The notes below the pieces were generated by a model. That model was not told the DNA's origin. It searched no databases and saw only the letters and a program-made list of their open reading frames with translations. Position numbers and translations under genes: made by a program. A DNA stretch of 64,000 bases from positions 23,188,001 to 23,252,000 of the forward strand of contig OZ281495.1 in the NCBI GenBank assembly GCA_965637545.1, in the 5' to 3' direction. The stretch's first letter is position 1. Each line of letters starts with the position of its first letter. The stretch is from Phallusia mammillata. Its lineage: Eukaryota. Below, one piece after another: positions 38,901 through 52,063 of this stretch.

Positions 38901-41900
38901 TGTCCATCACCTTTAGGTGATACTGTGTCGTTGTCGTCCAGCACCAGTGAAACAAATCCCTTTGAAAAGGTGCAATTTCAGTCCACTACTGCTACACCTT
39001 TGCCAGTACCATCTACAGCAGCACCATTGAGGTCAGTGGCTGGAATTCCAATACTTCCACCTCCACCTGGTTCAAATAAATGTCGGAACACATCCAGTGG
39101 ATCATGGCGGGCCAGAACACGAGAATCCTCTGTGTCATCACCATTGGCTGTGGTTCAGCAGGAAAAAGCCAACTGCAGTTCTCAGTCACCTATTTTGGAC
39201 AGCTCTTCCGATTTGTCCAGCTCTGTATTTGTAACACCTGTGAAGTCGCAACCAGCATCTCTGGTTGTTGAACCTGCTGCTGAAACAAATGGACACTCCA
39301 CTGAAGATGCCTGCTTAGGCTTAGATGTAGCTGATGGGGCCACATCCACAAGCAGTGTACAAGCAAAAGTTGCCAACCCTGACAATATTTCAACTGCAAG
39401 CAACAGTCAGCAAGATACCAATATTTTGGAAACAACACTTTCTATATTGGATGTTTTTTCTAAACCTTTAGAACAAGCACCACTTCCAATTGACATTGAG
39501 AATACAGACATAAAAACTTACCATGCAATGCAAGTGGAAAGCTCATTTCCAGAGTTAAGGGATGATTCTCTGGAATCTCTTGAAAAGTTCCAAAAGGCTG
39601 TTTCGGTTGAAAGTCCTGCTGAAGTCCATGACATATCAGGCCTTGATAAAAAACAGGTTTCCTTTTCTGATTACGATCTTGTTCCAAAAGCTACAGAGTG
39701 GAACATGCTGATGCGATTTCCCCGAGAAAAGAAGGTTATGAGTTCTAGAAAGTGGGTCGACATTTATGTCCGTTTGGACAACAAAAATGTAAGTCAGTGT
39801 TGTTTAAAGACCTAAAGCAGGGCTGCACAACCTTTTTTGCCATGACAGCCACATCTCAGGTCCTTAATTTACCAATGGCCGCCAAGTGTCTTCTTGTTTT
39901 TCATTTATCTTCTTGTTTTTCGTTTAATATTGTGGAAGATTTATGTTATAATGCCCGATCTACTGGTGCTTAAAAATCATAAATTTTGGCTGTACGACCA
40001 CAGGTTGTGCACTCCTGACCTAGCGTGAAGCATAACTAGAAAGTGTTTTACCAGACTTTTGGACATGTAAATGTGTGTGTTACTTTCATTGTTTTGTAAT
40101 TTAATTTAAACGTCATTTAGGTGAACAACCCCTCACTTCAACTTTACCACAACTCGAAAACCAAAGACCCATTTTTCTTCTTGTCACTTGCGAAACATGA
40201 CTGGCAAATCACGGACCCGGTTCGCCAGTGCAGATTTTACCCATCTGGAAGCTTAGAGGAAGTTGACATGGAGGCAAACAAAAGAAAAGTCCACACTGTG
40301 AAACTTCTTAACGTGCATTACAAAGAAAAATATGCATTTTTCTCAAAGCAAGATCAGTTGTTAATGAAAACACCATCAGGCTTTCGGGTAAGAAACATCT
40401 TGTTCGGTTTAAGTGTTGGGAGTTTTGTTAAAAATAAAGTGTTTTTTGTACTGCAGACATTAAATTATATTAAAATGCATTTGTTTGCAGCATTCATTAA
40501 AGGGAAAACAAGCAACAAAACTAGGAACTGAAAATTACATGGAACTCCTGAGCATGTTGTTTGCTGTACGGGATGCTGCCTTTGCTGCTAACAGGTCCAA
40601 AATCAGTTTTATGTGTTTTGTGTTGTACATATATAATTTAGAAATACTAGTGTTTCGGTAAAGTGTATATTACCAGGTAATGCTTTGTTGGACATTTCCT
40701 CACTTAAAATTAATGGCCTAATATGTTAGTGGGTTAGCTGGTAAAGCCAAATAGAGAGTGCCTTAAGCTACATTGCTGTATTAAAATGTCACTATCTACA
40801 GTCCAACCTAACTTAAAACCTCTGACATTTCTAACAGCAATGTTTATTGAGCTTGGAGCCAATCAAAAAAGGCTTGATCAGATCCAAAGCTGTTTGCCAC
40901 CCTTGATACGTTATTTGAAGTCACCAACCAATTTACGTTTAATCAACCTTGTTCGCAGGCTTCCTCCTCCGAGCAAAGGGAGTGAGGCGTCAGAGCAGGA
41001 GCTCCCTCCTCTCATGAACTACCACTCTCGCGACGAAATCGTCTTCGATCTGCGCGACCAGTTCAGAGTAAGCTACGTTTTGCGTGACCTTTTAAGTTTT
41101 TTCTGTGCTCTTTTGTATCGATTTTGTGGGTTGACGTACGCTTGTTGTATTTTATGCTGACCTGGCTTTTAAAAGAGTCGACATTTCGGCCTTTTAAGCT
41201 TCCAACGCAAACGTGGTTCTGTGACTAATTTGGCATTTCGTTCACCACAGCATTACGAATAAATTTCCAGCAGCCTGCTTTTTTTAGTGGAGTATGCGAA
41301 TATTGTGTCACATTGCGCTGTATTGTTAAAGAAAAGTTATGTTGTGTTGGTATTGTATTTTTCTCCTTGATACGCATTTTCAACGAAATTATGTCATACT
41401 AAACTGCAGCATAATCCAAGTATGGGAAAACTCTATACAGTGCGTGGTTTTGAACATCATAGTAACATACTGCCCTAAACGTTGCCGTGCATTTGCATTG
41501 CTCTCATTAGCCTCAATCGACGAGGCCAACCATTTAGCTAATGAAGAAAATCTGTTGTTTGCCGGCGTCCAATTGCCTTGCTCCATTAGCGTACATCGCG
41601 CGCCCCTCTTAACCAGTTGTTTCCTTCGCAGGGCGCTGTAGGCGTAGAAGGAGAGATCAGAGCCTGTTGTGTCGCGGTGCATTGCTTTGTGACGTCATTT
41701 CTATCGGGCGACCCCGTGGTTACCGTGACTTTCAACGATCAACAGGTAGATCGATTTACTGTTTGTGGTTAATGTATTAGCTCAAGATCGGCCGGTCTTG
41801 GTATTAGCAACCATGCTGCTATTCCCTGACGATTTCAACATCTGCTGCAATGTGCTAGCATGTTTAATTAGGCTACAATCTCGCACAATCGTGTTATTGG

Positions 41901-44900
41901 CCCTTAAGGCCCATTTACATGACAAAATTTGTTTTGTTGGCAAGTAAGCTGAAGTTTAATCACTTATATATACAGTTACCAAGTTATACTGCATGTTTGC
42001 TGGAAAGCATATCGTTGATATGTGTGTAAACAGATTTTTGACAGCTGTATCAACTGGTGGTAGATAACAAACACTGGCTTTTGTTGGAGCCAGATTTAGC
42101 AAGATGCAGTAAAGTATCTTCACGCCTGCTTTTTTGAGCTGCTGCGTGATTTGTATCATTGGTGCGGTGGTCGTTCGAACAATTGCACGGGTAGTTCCAT
42201 AGGACGGTGTCCGTAATGATACTACAGTTACTATAGAATCGAAACTATAGAAACAGTGGCTTCTCTAACGCACTATTGTACTTTCGGGCCGTAGAAAATT
42301 TCCATGTAAGAGTCAGGCGTTTCCTTTTGACTTTGTGTCTATTTTTACCTATTCACTTGCTTAAGGAAAAAATATGCAATTGGCTAGCAAGTTTATGTAA
42401 AAGGTTCATATCAAAGTCTTTTGCTCTACACAACACTTCAGTCATGTAACAATTTTGCATCTTAATTTCGTGGCATAAGGTTGGTGAACCATATATACCA
42501 GGGTTTTAACTTTTAAGTCGGGCCTGACTACGTTCTGTGTCCGTTATTTTTTAAATGTGAATTACCGAGCTAAGTAGCTAGTTGCTGGATATAACCTTAT
42601 GCCCAACAGCTCCAACTTCTTGTTTAAGCCATGGTCTACTATTGTCCATTGCGAATGTTTTCTTTATTATGGGCCTCTCAATCAAACTTATGGGCCTGAA
42701 CGGGCTTCTCTAAAACGATTCGGGTTTGGGTCGGGCTTCGGCCTTGCTTACAACTCTAATATGTACATTGATACCCAGGTTGTAAACTGTCGTCCATTAG
42801 TGACATGGCTTTTTTAACCAAGCAGAAAAAAACATAAGTTGAGCATTGTACACAGGTTGAAGGATGCGAGGTGGCCCGTCGCGAGGATATAATGCCGAGT
42901 AGCAACGACCGTTGGGTGGAATTTGAGGAAGTAAAATTGCATCGATGCAGTGCAGCCCGCGGTTATGACAATAAAACCGCCTCGGTAATCTTCAGACCTC
43001 TCGACGCCTGTCGATTTGAATTAATGAGGTAAGCGAAAACAATTGCATGTGGTTTTAGTCTAAAGCTTGGTTTCGTTCTAAGTTTGGGATTGATATGTTT
43101 CCGGTTTCTGGTTCGTTTATGGAATTTCGTACAGTGCTGGCGTACCACTTGTATTGAAAAAATCTGTTCGCGTGCCAGAAAATACGCTACATTGCAACAG
43201 CCACCATCAACACACTGCTTTCTGTTGTTTTATAAACGTGTAAAATTCGAGTATTTATGGCACATTATCGCATGTTGCATTGACTGAGAGTTAAGTTAAT
43301 GGTTTTGAATTAACTGCTGTCTATTAAGTAAGCTTACTTGCCACTTAAAAGGCTGTGTTGTACAACCTGTGGTACACACAGTTTAGTAACTACTGGTTTA
43401 TGCATTTGTGCTAAACTTGTGTGCGTTTTCCTTACCTTATCAAAACCGTGCTTGGAAAATTTTAGTGGTTAATGTTTTGCCTCTAGGCAACGATTAATGG
43501 TATTAGATTACTGTTCGAAACCCACAGTGATTAATTTTGACACGTCCCTTCCAATAGACTTCACCAAGTCCAAACAAACATGGCGGTTATTTTCGGTGCT
43601 CAAACATATTACGAAGTGTTCTATTACAGCCCCGTTTATATTTTTCTAAACCGGGGCATTGTAGGTCACGTTTTCCCACCGTAACTCATCGTACTTCCCC
43701 TTATATTAATTCTGGGTTACTCATGGTTAAAACTATCCAATTTCCTGGCAGGTTTGGATGCCTGTTCGCGGAGCCAGAGTTACCAATCTCCATACGTGCT
43801 ACGGTCGCAGTGAAAGGAGCGCGCGTTACGCTTCGTTGCGTTCTTCGTTCCGGTCCAGAAAACAACGCAAACAAGGATCCGCTTACCCAGGTTGGATTTT
43901 TTGTGACTAATTTTTTCCTAATTAGATAGAAACAGCAGAAACTGCTTTTGTTTTTTGTCACTAGGCATTCGTTCTCTAACTCTGCCAGAAACACGCCAGT
44001 ATTGGCCACTTTAACCAACACATTCTTATGCAATTATTTGTTCACCTCTTACAATATATCCTTAAGTTCACAATAGTATACCCATGCAGCGGTGGTACTA
44101 AATACCGTATGTTTACTCATGATACCGCATGTTATTACATGGTAAGCGGTTTCAATGGACACAAATGCACTTTGCGATAATTTTAATTTTGTGCACTTTT
44201 GAAAGCCCTGACGGTTAGAGCTGCTCACATTATACACACCATGCGATATACTTAGTGGTATACTATGCGGTAACATGCAGTATTTAGTACCACCTCCCAT
44301 TAATTAGCACTACGATTCACCAATACTCATGATAACCTTTTTTGTGTTTTGAATAGATTCCATGCGAGGACATATCGATAAGATTCGCAATTCCTCACAG
44401 TTGGTCTCCGGCCTTTCGTCGTCCTGGTCGTTTCCGTATCAAGTCCATACACTCCAAGCGAATCGTGAAACGTCCACCAGGCCCCTCGTCGGTTCAGGGT
44501 CGGGGCGCGGTTACCACGAATGCTGTGCTGGAGGCTTCGGTCGGCAGCGCCAAGTATGAAATAGCTCACAACGCCATCGTGTGGAGAATACCAAGGTTCC
44601 CAGAGAAAAATGCGAGTAAGTTACACGGTCAACTATGTGAAATGTATTCGTAAATCAATAGATTTGAGATATCTGTTCGGTATGTGACAGATTCCTATAC
44701 TGCTGTCGGGCTTGTATGATCAGCTGTTATGATGTCGAATAAGTACGATAACATTTGTATTGCAAATTTTTGAAATAAAGTTTAAAGTTTGGCGACAGTC
44801 GCGTGAGAGCCTTGTTTTAAATTTTACTCATCATTATGACACATCCAGCAGTTTTTATCAGGGTACAATATGTCGTGTATTGAAAACGTTAGGTGGCGTC

Positions 44901-47900
44901 TATTGGGAAAGCGTTTGTTAGATCGGAATTTATCTGTTTAGCTCATTTGGAATGCTTTCTACGCCGTTTGGCTATCGATTTAGCTAAATCGGAATGGTAG
45001 TTACATTCCCATTCCAAAATTAACGCATATTTTTACAAACGGCGACATTATTTGGCCTGAAAACGGCTTTTTTCATCAAAAAATATTTTTACAAATGGCT
45101 CGTTGCTCAGTTTTGGCTCGGTTTGGTCCAGTTCTATCCACACGCGCAGTTTGGAAAAAAGTCAACTTACCGTAGTGTCGATATTCAACATACAATAGGC
45201 CGACGCAAGCGACCGTCCAAACAGCGCTCGTGCGATGCTGTTTAAATATTGATGAAGCAATTAGTAGCTTAAAAGATTTGACTCGGCCAAACAGGGAAAT
45301 ATGTCGTGTCTTAACTGAACGGTGCAGATGATAAATATATGGGTGAAATCTGCTTGGCACTTGCAGCTTTAACCACTTCCCGTGTCAACAACATGTTCGC
45401 CCTTTTGATCAACCCTGTTCAAAGCAAAAACCACTTAGTTTTAAGGGTGGTTTTGTTTAACGCATTGCTGGTAATAAACATTAGCTATATCGGCAACTGT
45501 TTACTAAAAAGTAGACGAGCAAAATCGTCAAAGTATGTCTTCAAACTGTGTACCGAAAATTGCGACTGAAATCGTTCAACTGTGTTAAAAAAAACAATTG
45601 CATATGGCCTTAAGCTTCTGTGTCAAATATACTTTTCTGGTTAAGTTGGTTATGACCCAGGTCAGCAGTTTTTCACCGGAGAAACTTGAAATCATGCCTT
45701 TCGACACTTCTCATGATAAAAATTGATTGACCTAATTTTCTCCCAATGCTTTCAGAATGTCACGCATGCACGCCAGCAACTTACAGCTGACAACCTAAAA
45801 TTTAGACATAAAATTTAGAAAATAACGTGGGGGTTCAAAACAGACAAGGAAAAAACAAGAAAAAGATAAGAAATCTTGCTTTAGTTCTAAAGTCTCGGTA
45901 TAAACTATAAAGCATCGCTATCAACATTATGCTGAAGTGCTTTTTCGCGTTGTTAGCTTGCCGTATCACTTGATTTATGAATGAAACTTTTCACAGCCAC
46001 TCAGAACACACCTCAAGTTCTCTCGTGCAAACTTGAACTTTCGTCTGACCGGGACCTCCCCGACGTGAGTGACATCAAATTTCACACCTGTGACGTCGAA
46101 TACACGATGCCGAGCGCAACAGCATCAAGTGCATGTATACGATCTGTCCACCTACCCAAGAACGACAGAGCAGAGAAATTTGCTTGTTACGGTTCTCAAT
46201 ACATGTATAAGGTAGGTGACATTTTTAATTTTTTTCAAATTTATTCAAATTCCTTTTGTGAAGATACTGTTTTTGGCCATTTTACACATTTTGGTCAAAG
46301 AATGCTTCGAATTTTATGTTGATTTACATGCTATTTATGAGTCCCCTTCCCTGAAGGTGACACATATTGTTTTTGTCTATATTTTTTTTCTTTTTTTCCG
46401 TCTAACGCAGATTTGTTCCCACGTTTTGGTCAAGAAAGAAAGATTTACCCATTTTCACCCCTTAAACCCCAAAATATTCGTTTCTGTCTAACATGGTGTG
46501 TTAAATGCGTTTGGTCAACAAAGAGTGCTTTAAATTTATTCAAATTCGCACAGATGTTAGTTATTGTTCCGAATTTGATCCTCCTAAAGTTTGACCCCAA
46601 ACGACCCAGCGGTTCACCCACAGGCCCCCAAAACAAAAAAATTAAAAACGGCTGTACTGACTAAAGTACATTATCTGAGAGTTTCATGCTTTGTTGGTTG
46701 GTGCAATGTAAGGTATTCTAAAGAATTTTGTAACTTTTTGTTGGATTCACTTATTTTTACCCCCCCAAAATAATAAGTTTTAGGCCAGAAATAAACCCCA
46801 AAATAATAAGTTTTAGGCCAGAAATACAAACCCTAATGTGCTGAAATGTTAAACAATTGTTTGCAGTAGGTTATTTGTTTAGTATTTAAAAATTTGCCTT
46901 TATCGGCCAAATAGTTACTTTTACAGCCCATAACATGTGTACACTGTCAGTCAGATAGAAGTCTCAACTCTCAAGGGAGTAATTCACTTGTTTACGATTA
47001 AGGCGGGTGAATGCAGCGGGAGTGCTCAGCTTGACGTCCGGCCGGACGTTTTACGAGACAGTCCTGTTGGTGATTAGATATCAGCTGTTTTTGCGCAGCT
47101 ATGCTATGTCGTTTTATTAAGTTATCAAGCACAGTTTCAGTTTTGGAAAATTGTGTTTAAAAACTGACCTTGAACGACAATATCAAGGTCAAAGCATGAG
47201 ATTAAATTGAAAGTATTTTTCCTGTTCTTATTTACTGTTTTTTGCAATTATGTGACAATAATGATGCAAAAAGATTACGGACAAAACTTTTAAAGTTGGG
47301 TTAAGGCTAAAGTTGGTTAATTTTTTCCTTAAGAATCTAAAAATAACCAGGATGTTTGTTTACCATAAATCCGCACAAACGCGCGTGTGGGGACCCATTC
47401 GTTTTTGCTTGCAAAAACAATCATATGTGTAGATCAAATGATGTGTATAGTAAATTGGTAAATATCTAACAATGATTGTGCCCTATTTTTACTGTTACCA
47501 AATCACATATGCATATGTGTGGGGACCCATTAGATTATGCTTGCAGAAACAATTAGGTTATAGTGCCAGGAAAAAGGTAGGGACCCAATGAAATGTACGT
47601 GCCAAATATATATCCATTACAAAATATAGTAAATGGTATATGTGATACATCGTTAATTATGATGAAGTATATATAAACTGGAAATATATAGGAAAACCAC
47701 TATTCTAGTTAGTAGTTGTCTTGAGATTTTGGCCACACTACATTTAACATAGGGACAAAAGGATCACTTTTTCACGATTTATTTTTACGTTTGGTCAAAA
47801 ATTTTCATATTCCTTTTTATTCATAAAGATGTTGATTTACAAGTAATTATCTCAGGTTTTGAACCTAATTAGATCAATTGGTTCAACCAAAAAGGCCCAA

Positions 47901-48105
47901 ACGTAAAGATTAAAATGGAATATATCAGTTAAAGCAAGCGATCAATCTTTCACAAATATCCTTCATGTCTTGAATTTTTAATTTACGAAAGCTCTGTGCA
48001 TAATTTCTTTAAAATCTTTTTTTTTGTTCGTCATAGGTGGACATGAGAGTGACGCACGAGCGTGACGAAACAAACAGCGATCGACCCAGCTGCGCGCTTC
48101 AATGA
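35956..48105 (+). CDS. STON2: Stonin (STON1/STON2 pro-ortholog; endocytic adaptor), 15 exons, about 1403 aa
   Basis: Exons 35956-36321, 36494-37169, 37239-37323, 37455-37645, 38071-38257, 38531-39788, 40121-40387, 40491-40594, 40959-41067, 41632-41745, 42856-43028, 43752-43890, 44357-44615, 45997-46211 and 48037-48105; all phase-concordant. WxxF motifs (WVVF, WIQF) and two NPF motifs. Stonin homology domain starts WNMLMRFPREKKVMSSRKW. Mu-homology domain contains RREDIMP, PLDACRFELMRF, KDPLTQIPCE and GSAKYE.AHNAIVWRIPRFPEKN. Confidence 0.94.
39818..40017. mobile_element. hAT-type MITE in stonin intron 6
   Basis: TIRs cagggctgcacaacc...ggttgtgcactcctg. Flanks acctaaag / acctagcg match at 6 of 8. 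Confidence 0.75.
42499..42758. mobile_element. hAT-type MITE in stonin intron 10
   Basis: Ends cagggtttta...tacaactcta with gggcctga/cggg subterminal motifs. Flanks atatatac / atatgtac match at 7 of 8. Confidence 0.7.
46765..46833. repeat. Tandem duplication, about 33-nt unit x2
   Basis: ccaaaataataagttttaggccagaaata occurs at about 46765 and about 46798. Confidence 0.85.
47385..47590. repeat. Degenerate direct repeats
   Basis: gtgtggggacccatt...tgcttgca.aaacaat at about 47385 and about 47517, with a third gggacccaat core at about 47580. Confidence 0.65.
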
Positions 48106-51100
48106 CGTCATGCCTACGTCATTCCCCTTTCAGTTCTTGTAGCAACGTAAACTCGCATTGACCAGAACCCCTCAGTGTCGTGATGTCCGGTAAAGGTTTG
48201 TTGTTACCTTGTTATACCGCCTGGTGAATTGTTGTGGCCAGAGTCGAATATCAAGTGACGCCGAACTGTGAAGCGCGGGTCGGTGAAATTTAGCCCGGGA
48301 TTACCTAAATTACGACTTATATTAGCTTATGCGCCTTACTTGCCCTAAATTTAAAACGGTTCGGACCATGTGTTTAATAGTATTTATTCAACCGAGCTTT
48401 AATGACCCAACTGGTAGCAAGAATAATTGACGAAACAACAGTGCTTCCCAATCAAAATCAGTCAACAATACTGGTAAACGATATATATTTCGCCCATACG
48501 TACATCATCATTCGCTCTGCAAAACAACGAGTGTAAAGGTGAAACCAAAATCAAGTAAATCAATTGGTAGCAATAACATTTTAGTATTATAATGTTGCTA
48601 AATTCACCTTTCCGCCGTTTCGAATTTGGCGTTACTTTGAGAATCGACGGGTAGCAAAACGTCTAGCACATCCAAACACATTTCTCTGTAGCAATTCGTA
48701 TCTGTAGCGTACCCTGTAGCAAATTCAAGTATAAACGTCTAAAAGAACAACGCCGTACAACAGCACGCAAAACACACTGCCACATTTTGTGTTGCTTTTC
48801 TTAATGTATGCTCGTTTCTTACTGCTGCTCAAAGCAGTGATAGTGTCATCTACCATTTTCTGTATTCACGGTACCCAAGCCTCACTGCTGCCGTCTTGTG
48901 GCCACAACATGTTTATGTTCAAATTTATGTAAGCTGTGACGTGTACGACGGGTAGAACCTATGTCGCGTGAAGTTTGACTTACGGTGGTGGCATATTGCA
49001 CTTTCTGTTTGCTGTCCGAATGTACATTTACGTTTCATTGTCAAGCTTCGGCATAAGAGCTGGTCGGTGTGTTTCCCTCTACGCGGGCATTTGTCTTTAC
49101 CTTCATAAGCAAAAGTTTCAAAACTAAGAACTCTTTCCTTTATTGCATTGATAAATACTGTGTAATGGTGATACATCACATTTTTGCTGCAAATATTGAA
49201 CACACTGTATTTTCCCAGCAACCTTCGACTAATTCAACCGCCAAACAACTATGATCTAATCACGCTTGGTGCTTTTACCTTAACTAACCTCGTTTCTAAG
49301 CAACGCTGCCAACCCTATCGCCAGTCAGTCAATTCTCTCATATAGCATCCGCGTCCCCACATGCACTGTCCCCTTGCTCTCGAGCGCCCACCTCCGGTCA
49401 GCAATAAAATTGAGCGTCTCGTTGCATCTCCGCTCTATGCATGCTCGCCGGTCTTATCTATGTCACTTTTGTCGTCGTTTTTGTTGTTAACTTCTAGTTT
49501 CGTTGTCACTGTGCGTAGTTTCATGCCGCTTTTGTCGATCGTTGCGTCATCACACCCCGGAGACAATTAAAGCGACTCCTTTGTCCTTAAAGAACATATA
49601 TTTGCTCACGATAAACGTGGATTGAGTTATAAACAGTTGAATACAGTATGATACACGCGACTTATACAATGAACACAGGGTAACTAAAAATGGAAAATTG
49701 CCTGATTTGACTAAAGTCGTTTTTATGAGCGTCCGCTAGATGTCGCATATGCGTCATTTTTTGCTTGGTGACTTTCTTTTTTTGAAGCGCGCTCCCGAAA
49801 ACGGCTTGATCTTTCTGGCTTTTTTCCCTTCTTTTTTGCCATGCTTGCCCTGTATGTATTTTAGTACGAAAACAAACCGTTGCTCATTCCTTTTAATACT
49901 TATTTGCTGTTAATGGTGCTTTGACTTCAACCCCTACAGTATGAATTCGCGGTGTTTTTACACCATAAGTGTTATTGTACACACATGCTGCAAGCGTTAA
50001 AGCGTAAATACGGCTTAATATTGGCAAAACATGTTTTTGTACGGACTGCCTGCAAATTCTGTAGCAATCAAAGTTTTCGCATCTTGCGAAAAAGTTTTTC
50101 ATTGGCCGATCCTGACCAATCGTCGTTGTTCGTGAGTATCACGTGGGTACGTCGTCATTGAGTTCCAGTGTTGGTCGTTTGTCGCCCTCTTGTTCAGTGT
50201 TCACTTGTGGTCCCACGTATATCTCTTATCCCTGTTTTTGCCGGGTGTAGTGCGTACACGAGCAATAAAAACTTTTTCTTTGTCTCATGAACTTTGTGTT
50301 GGCAGATATGTGCGTGTTTATGGTTGTAACAGTTGCTAGACAAAAGAAATTTATAGCAGAAAATTCGTTTAGTCAGTTTTTGACGTTTGGTTGGTGGATG
50401 TACATATTCTGCATTGATTTACGTTGGAAATTTTCGTTACAGCAACAAAAAAATCGACGTTCATTTTAGTTTCTATAGAAATAGTTTCAATCAATGGTCG
50501 ATATGACCAAGTTCGGTTTGGTATTATCAAAAACGAAATACATTTTCTTCGTATAGGCAAAGCCTTTCCATTTAGACTTGTTTTGCATCTTGGTGCTTGA
50601 TCGATCCCTTTATAGTTGAGTCCTACAAAACAAATAACACGCAAACAGTGCAGTCTGTAAAATCAAGTGGGTGATATTCAATCAGGCACTCGACCATTTG
50701 TATAGAAGCCAAAGCTTACTATTAACCAAAAGCTGCATGGGAATTTTCGTCGTTTATTGATACTTCGAAGAAACCGCGATGTTTGTACCAAATTAGTTTG
50801 GCGATTGCAAAACTCACTTGCATAACAACCAATCGGTTTCCTTTCCCAATGGTTGTGGTTTCTTGACGGGCTTACCCACTCTCAAAATGAACACAAAACC
50901 GCATAAACTGCTTGTGGGGAGATCTCCGCCGACTAGCCGGACAATCGGAAACGCACGCCCCCTCTCATCCGTTTCTCCCGAAGCACAAAGACACTCTGGC
51001 ACGGCCACTTTGCCCACGGATTTTGTTGCCAATTTTGTGCAGCTGCAGCAAGGGTACAGATGGAGTGTTTTCGTCCGCCGTCGATTTCTGCCTCCCATCA

Positions 51101-51279
51101 CGTTTGCAACTAGAACTTGGACGGCAATTTCCAACTACTTTCCCACGCCTACATATAAAACCGAGGACATGTTATTGTTTTGTCATCCTGTGACGTCAGA
51201 TGCTGAGCTTCGAGTGCTAGCTGTTTTCGTAGCAACGTCGGGAGCACATGCAGACAAACAACTCAAGCAAATTAGTCAG

Positions 51280-51295
51280 CCACCAGATGGCAGTA
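51280..51295 (+). promoter_or_regulatory. CTCF-like binding motif
   Basis: CCACCAGATGGCAGTA matches the CCACYAGRKGGCRSYR consensus at every position. Confidence 0.55.
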
Positions 51296-51889
51296 TTGCT
51301 ACATGCCAACCAGATTTTCAATTTGTTTGGGGTTGGATTCTCCAGTCTCCACAATTCTGTCCGCCAAGATAAATTCAAATGCAGTAATCAGTGGAGTTAA
51401 AAAATATGTAACTCGGTGTCTTATTATTATCACCCTTAAAGTCAACCGCGGGGAATTAAATACTTGGTAAATAAATTTTATGTGCAAAATATATCTTCAT
51501 ACGCATGGTTTAAATAGTTCTGCAAGATATAATGACATTTGAAGTGAAACACATACAATACAACCAATTGGTTTTATGCGGGACTATCTTGTTATTGTTT
51601 GTGTTATCCTATTTTTGTGACTTTTTACTTTTTTACCCATTTCGAAAATCCAAACCCAAGGGCAGCTGGAGTTCTGTAAAATTTCTCCGTTTTTTTTTTC
51701 AAGAAGAAATATATCAATTCACTGTGCACCTTATCCGTTTCCACGAAACCGTTATAGCTCGCCGCGATAACCGAAATATAACTAAGTCAGCAAGGCTGTA
51801 ACGCAACCAGGTGCACGGGCCAACATCGCTCTGTACAATGTTTGTTTTTGGAGCTTCGATTGACGATTGTCGCGGGCGGATGCGCTTTG

Positions 51890-52063
51890 GGATTAATCTA
51901 ATTTGATCGAGCGGCTTAGCGGCATAGAGCCACCCAGAAGCTTACTAGCGTCCCTGATTTAACCTAATACACCGTCACGTTCCGCGAGGCCCCGACAAAC
52001 AAAAACTCCTATCTCAATAGCTAATCGCGCCGCTTTCATCTTAATTCCCAGGCAGCGGGCTTA
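51890..52063. promoter_or_regulatory. Candidate enhancer: cluster of K50 (bicoid-type) homeodomain sites
   Basis: GGATTA 51890, TAATCT 51894, GGCTTA 51913, AGCTTA 51939, TAATCG 52022 and GGCTTA 52058, in CpG-rich non-coding DNA. Confidence 0.55.

Noticed and set aside
46216-48000. AT-rich, transposon-like pieces in the last stonin intron
   Set aside because: No paired TIRs, TSD or transposase could be defined; only the direct repeats are reported.
50818-51372. 184-aa plus-strand ORF and an overlapping 106-aa minus-strand ORF
   Set aside because: TTG start, no recognisable domain and no exon chain. It is likely a chance frame in GC-richer regulatory DNA.
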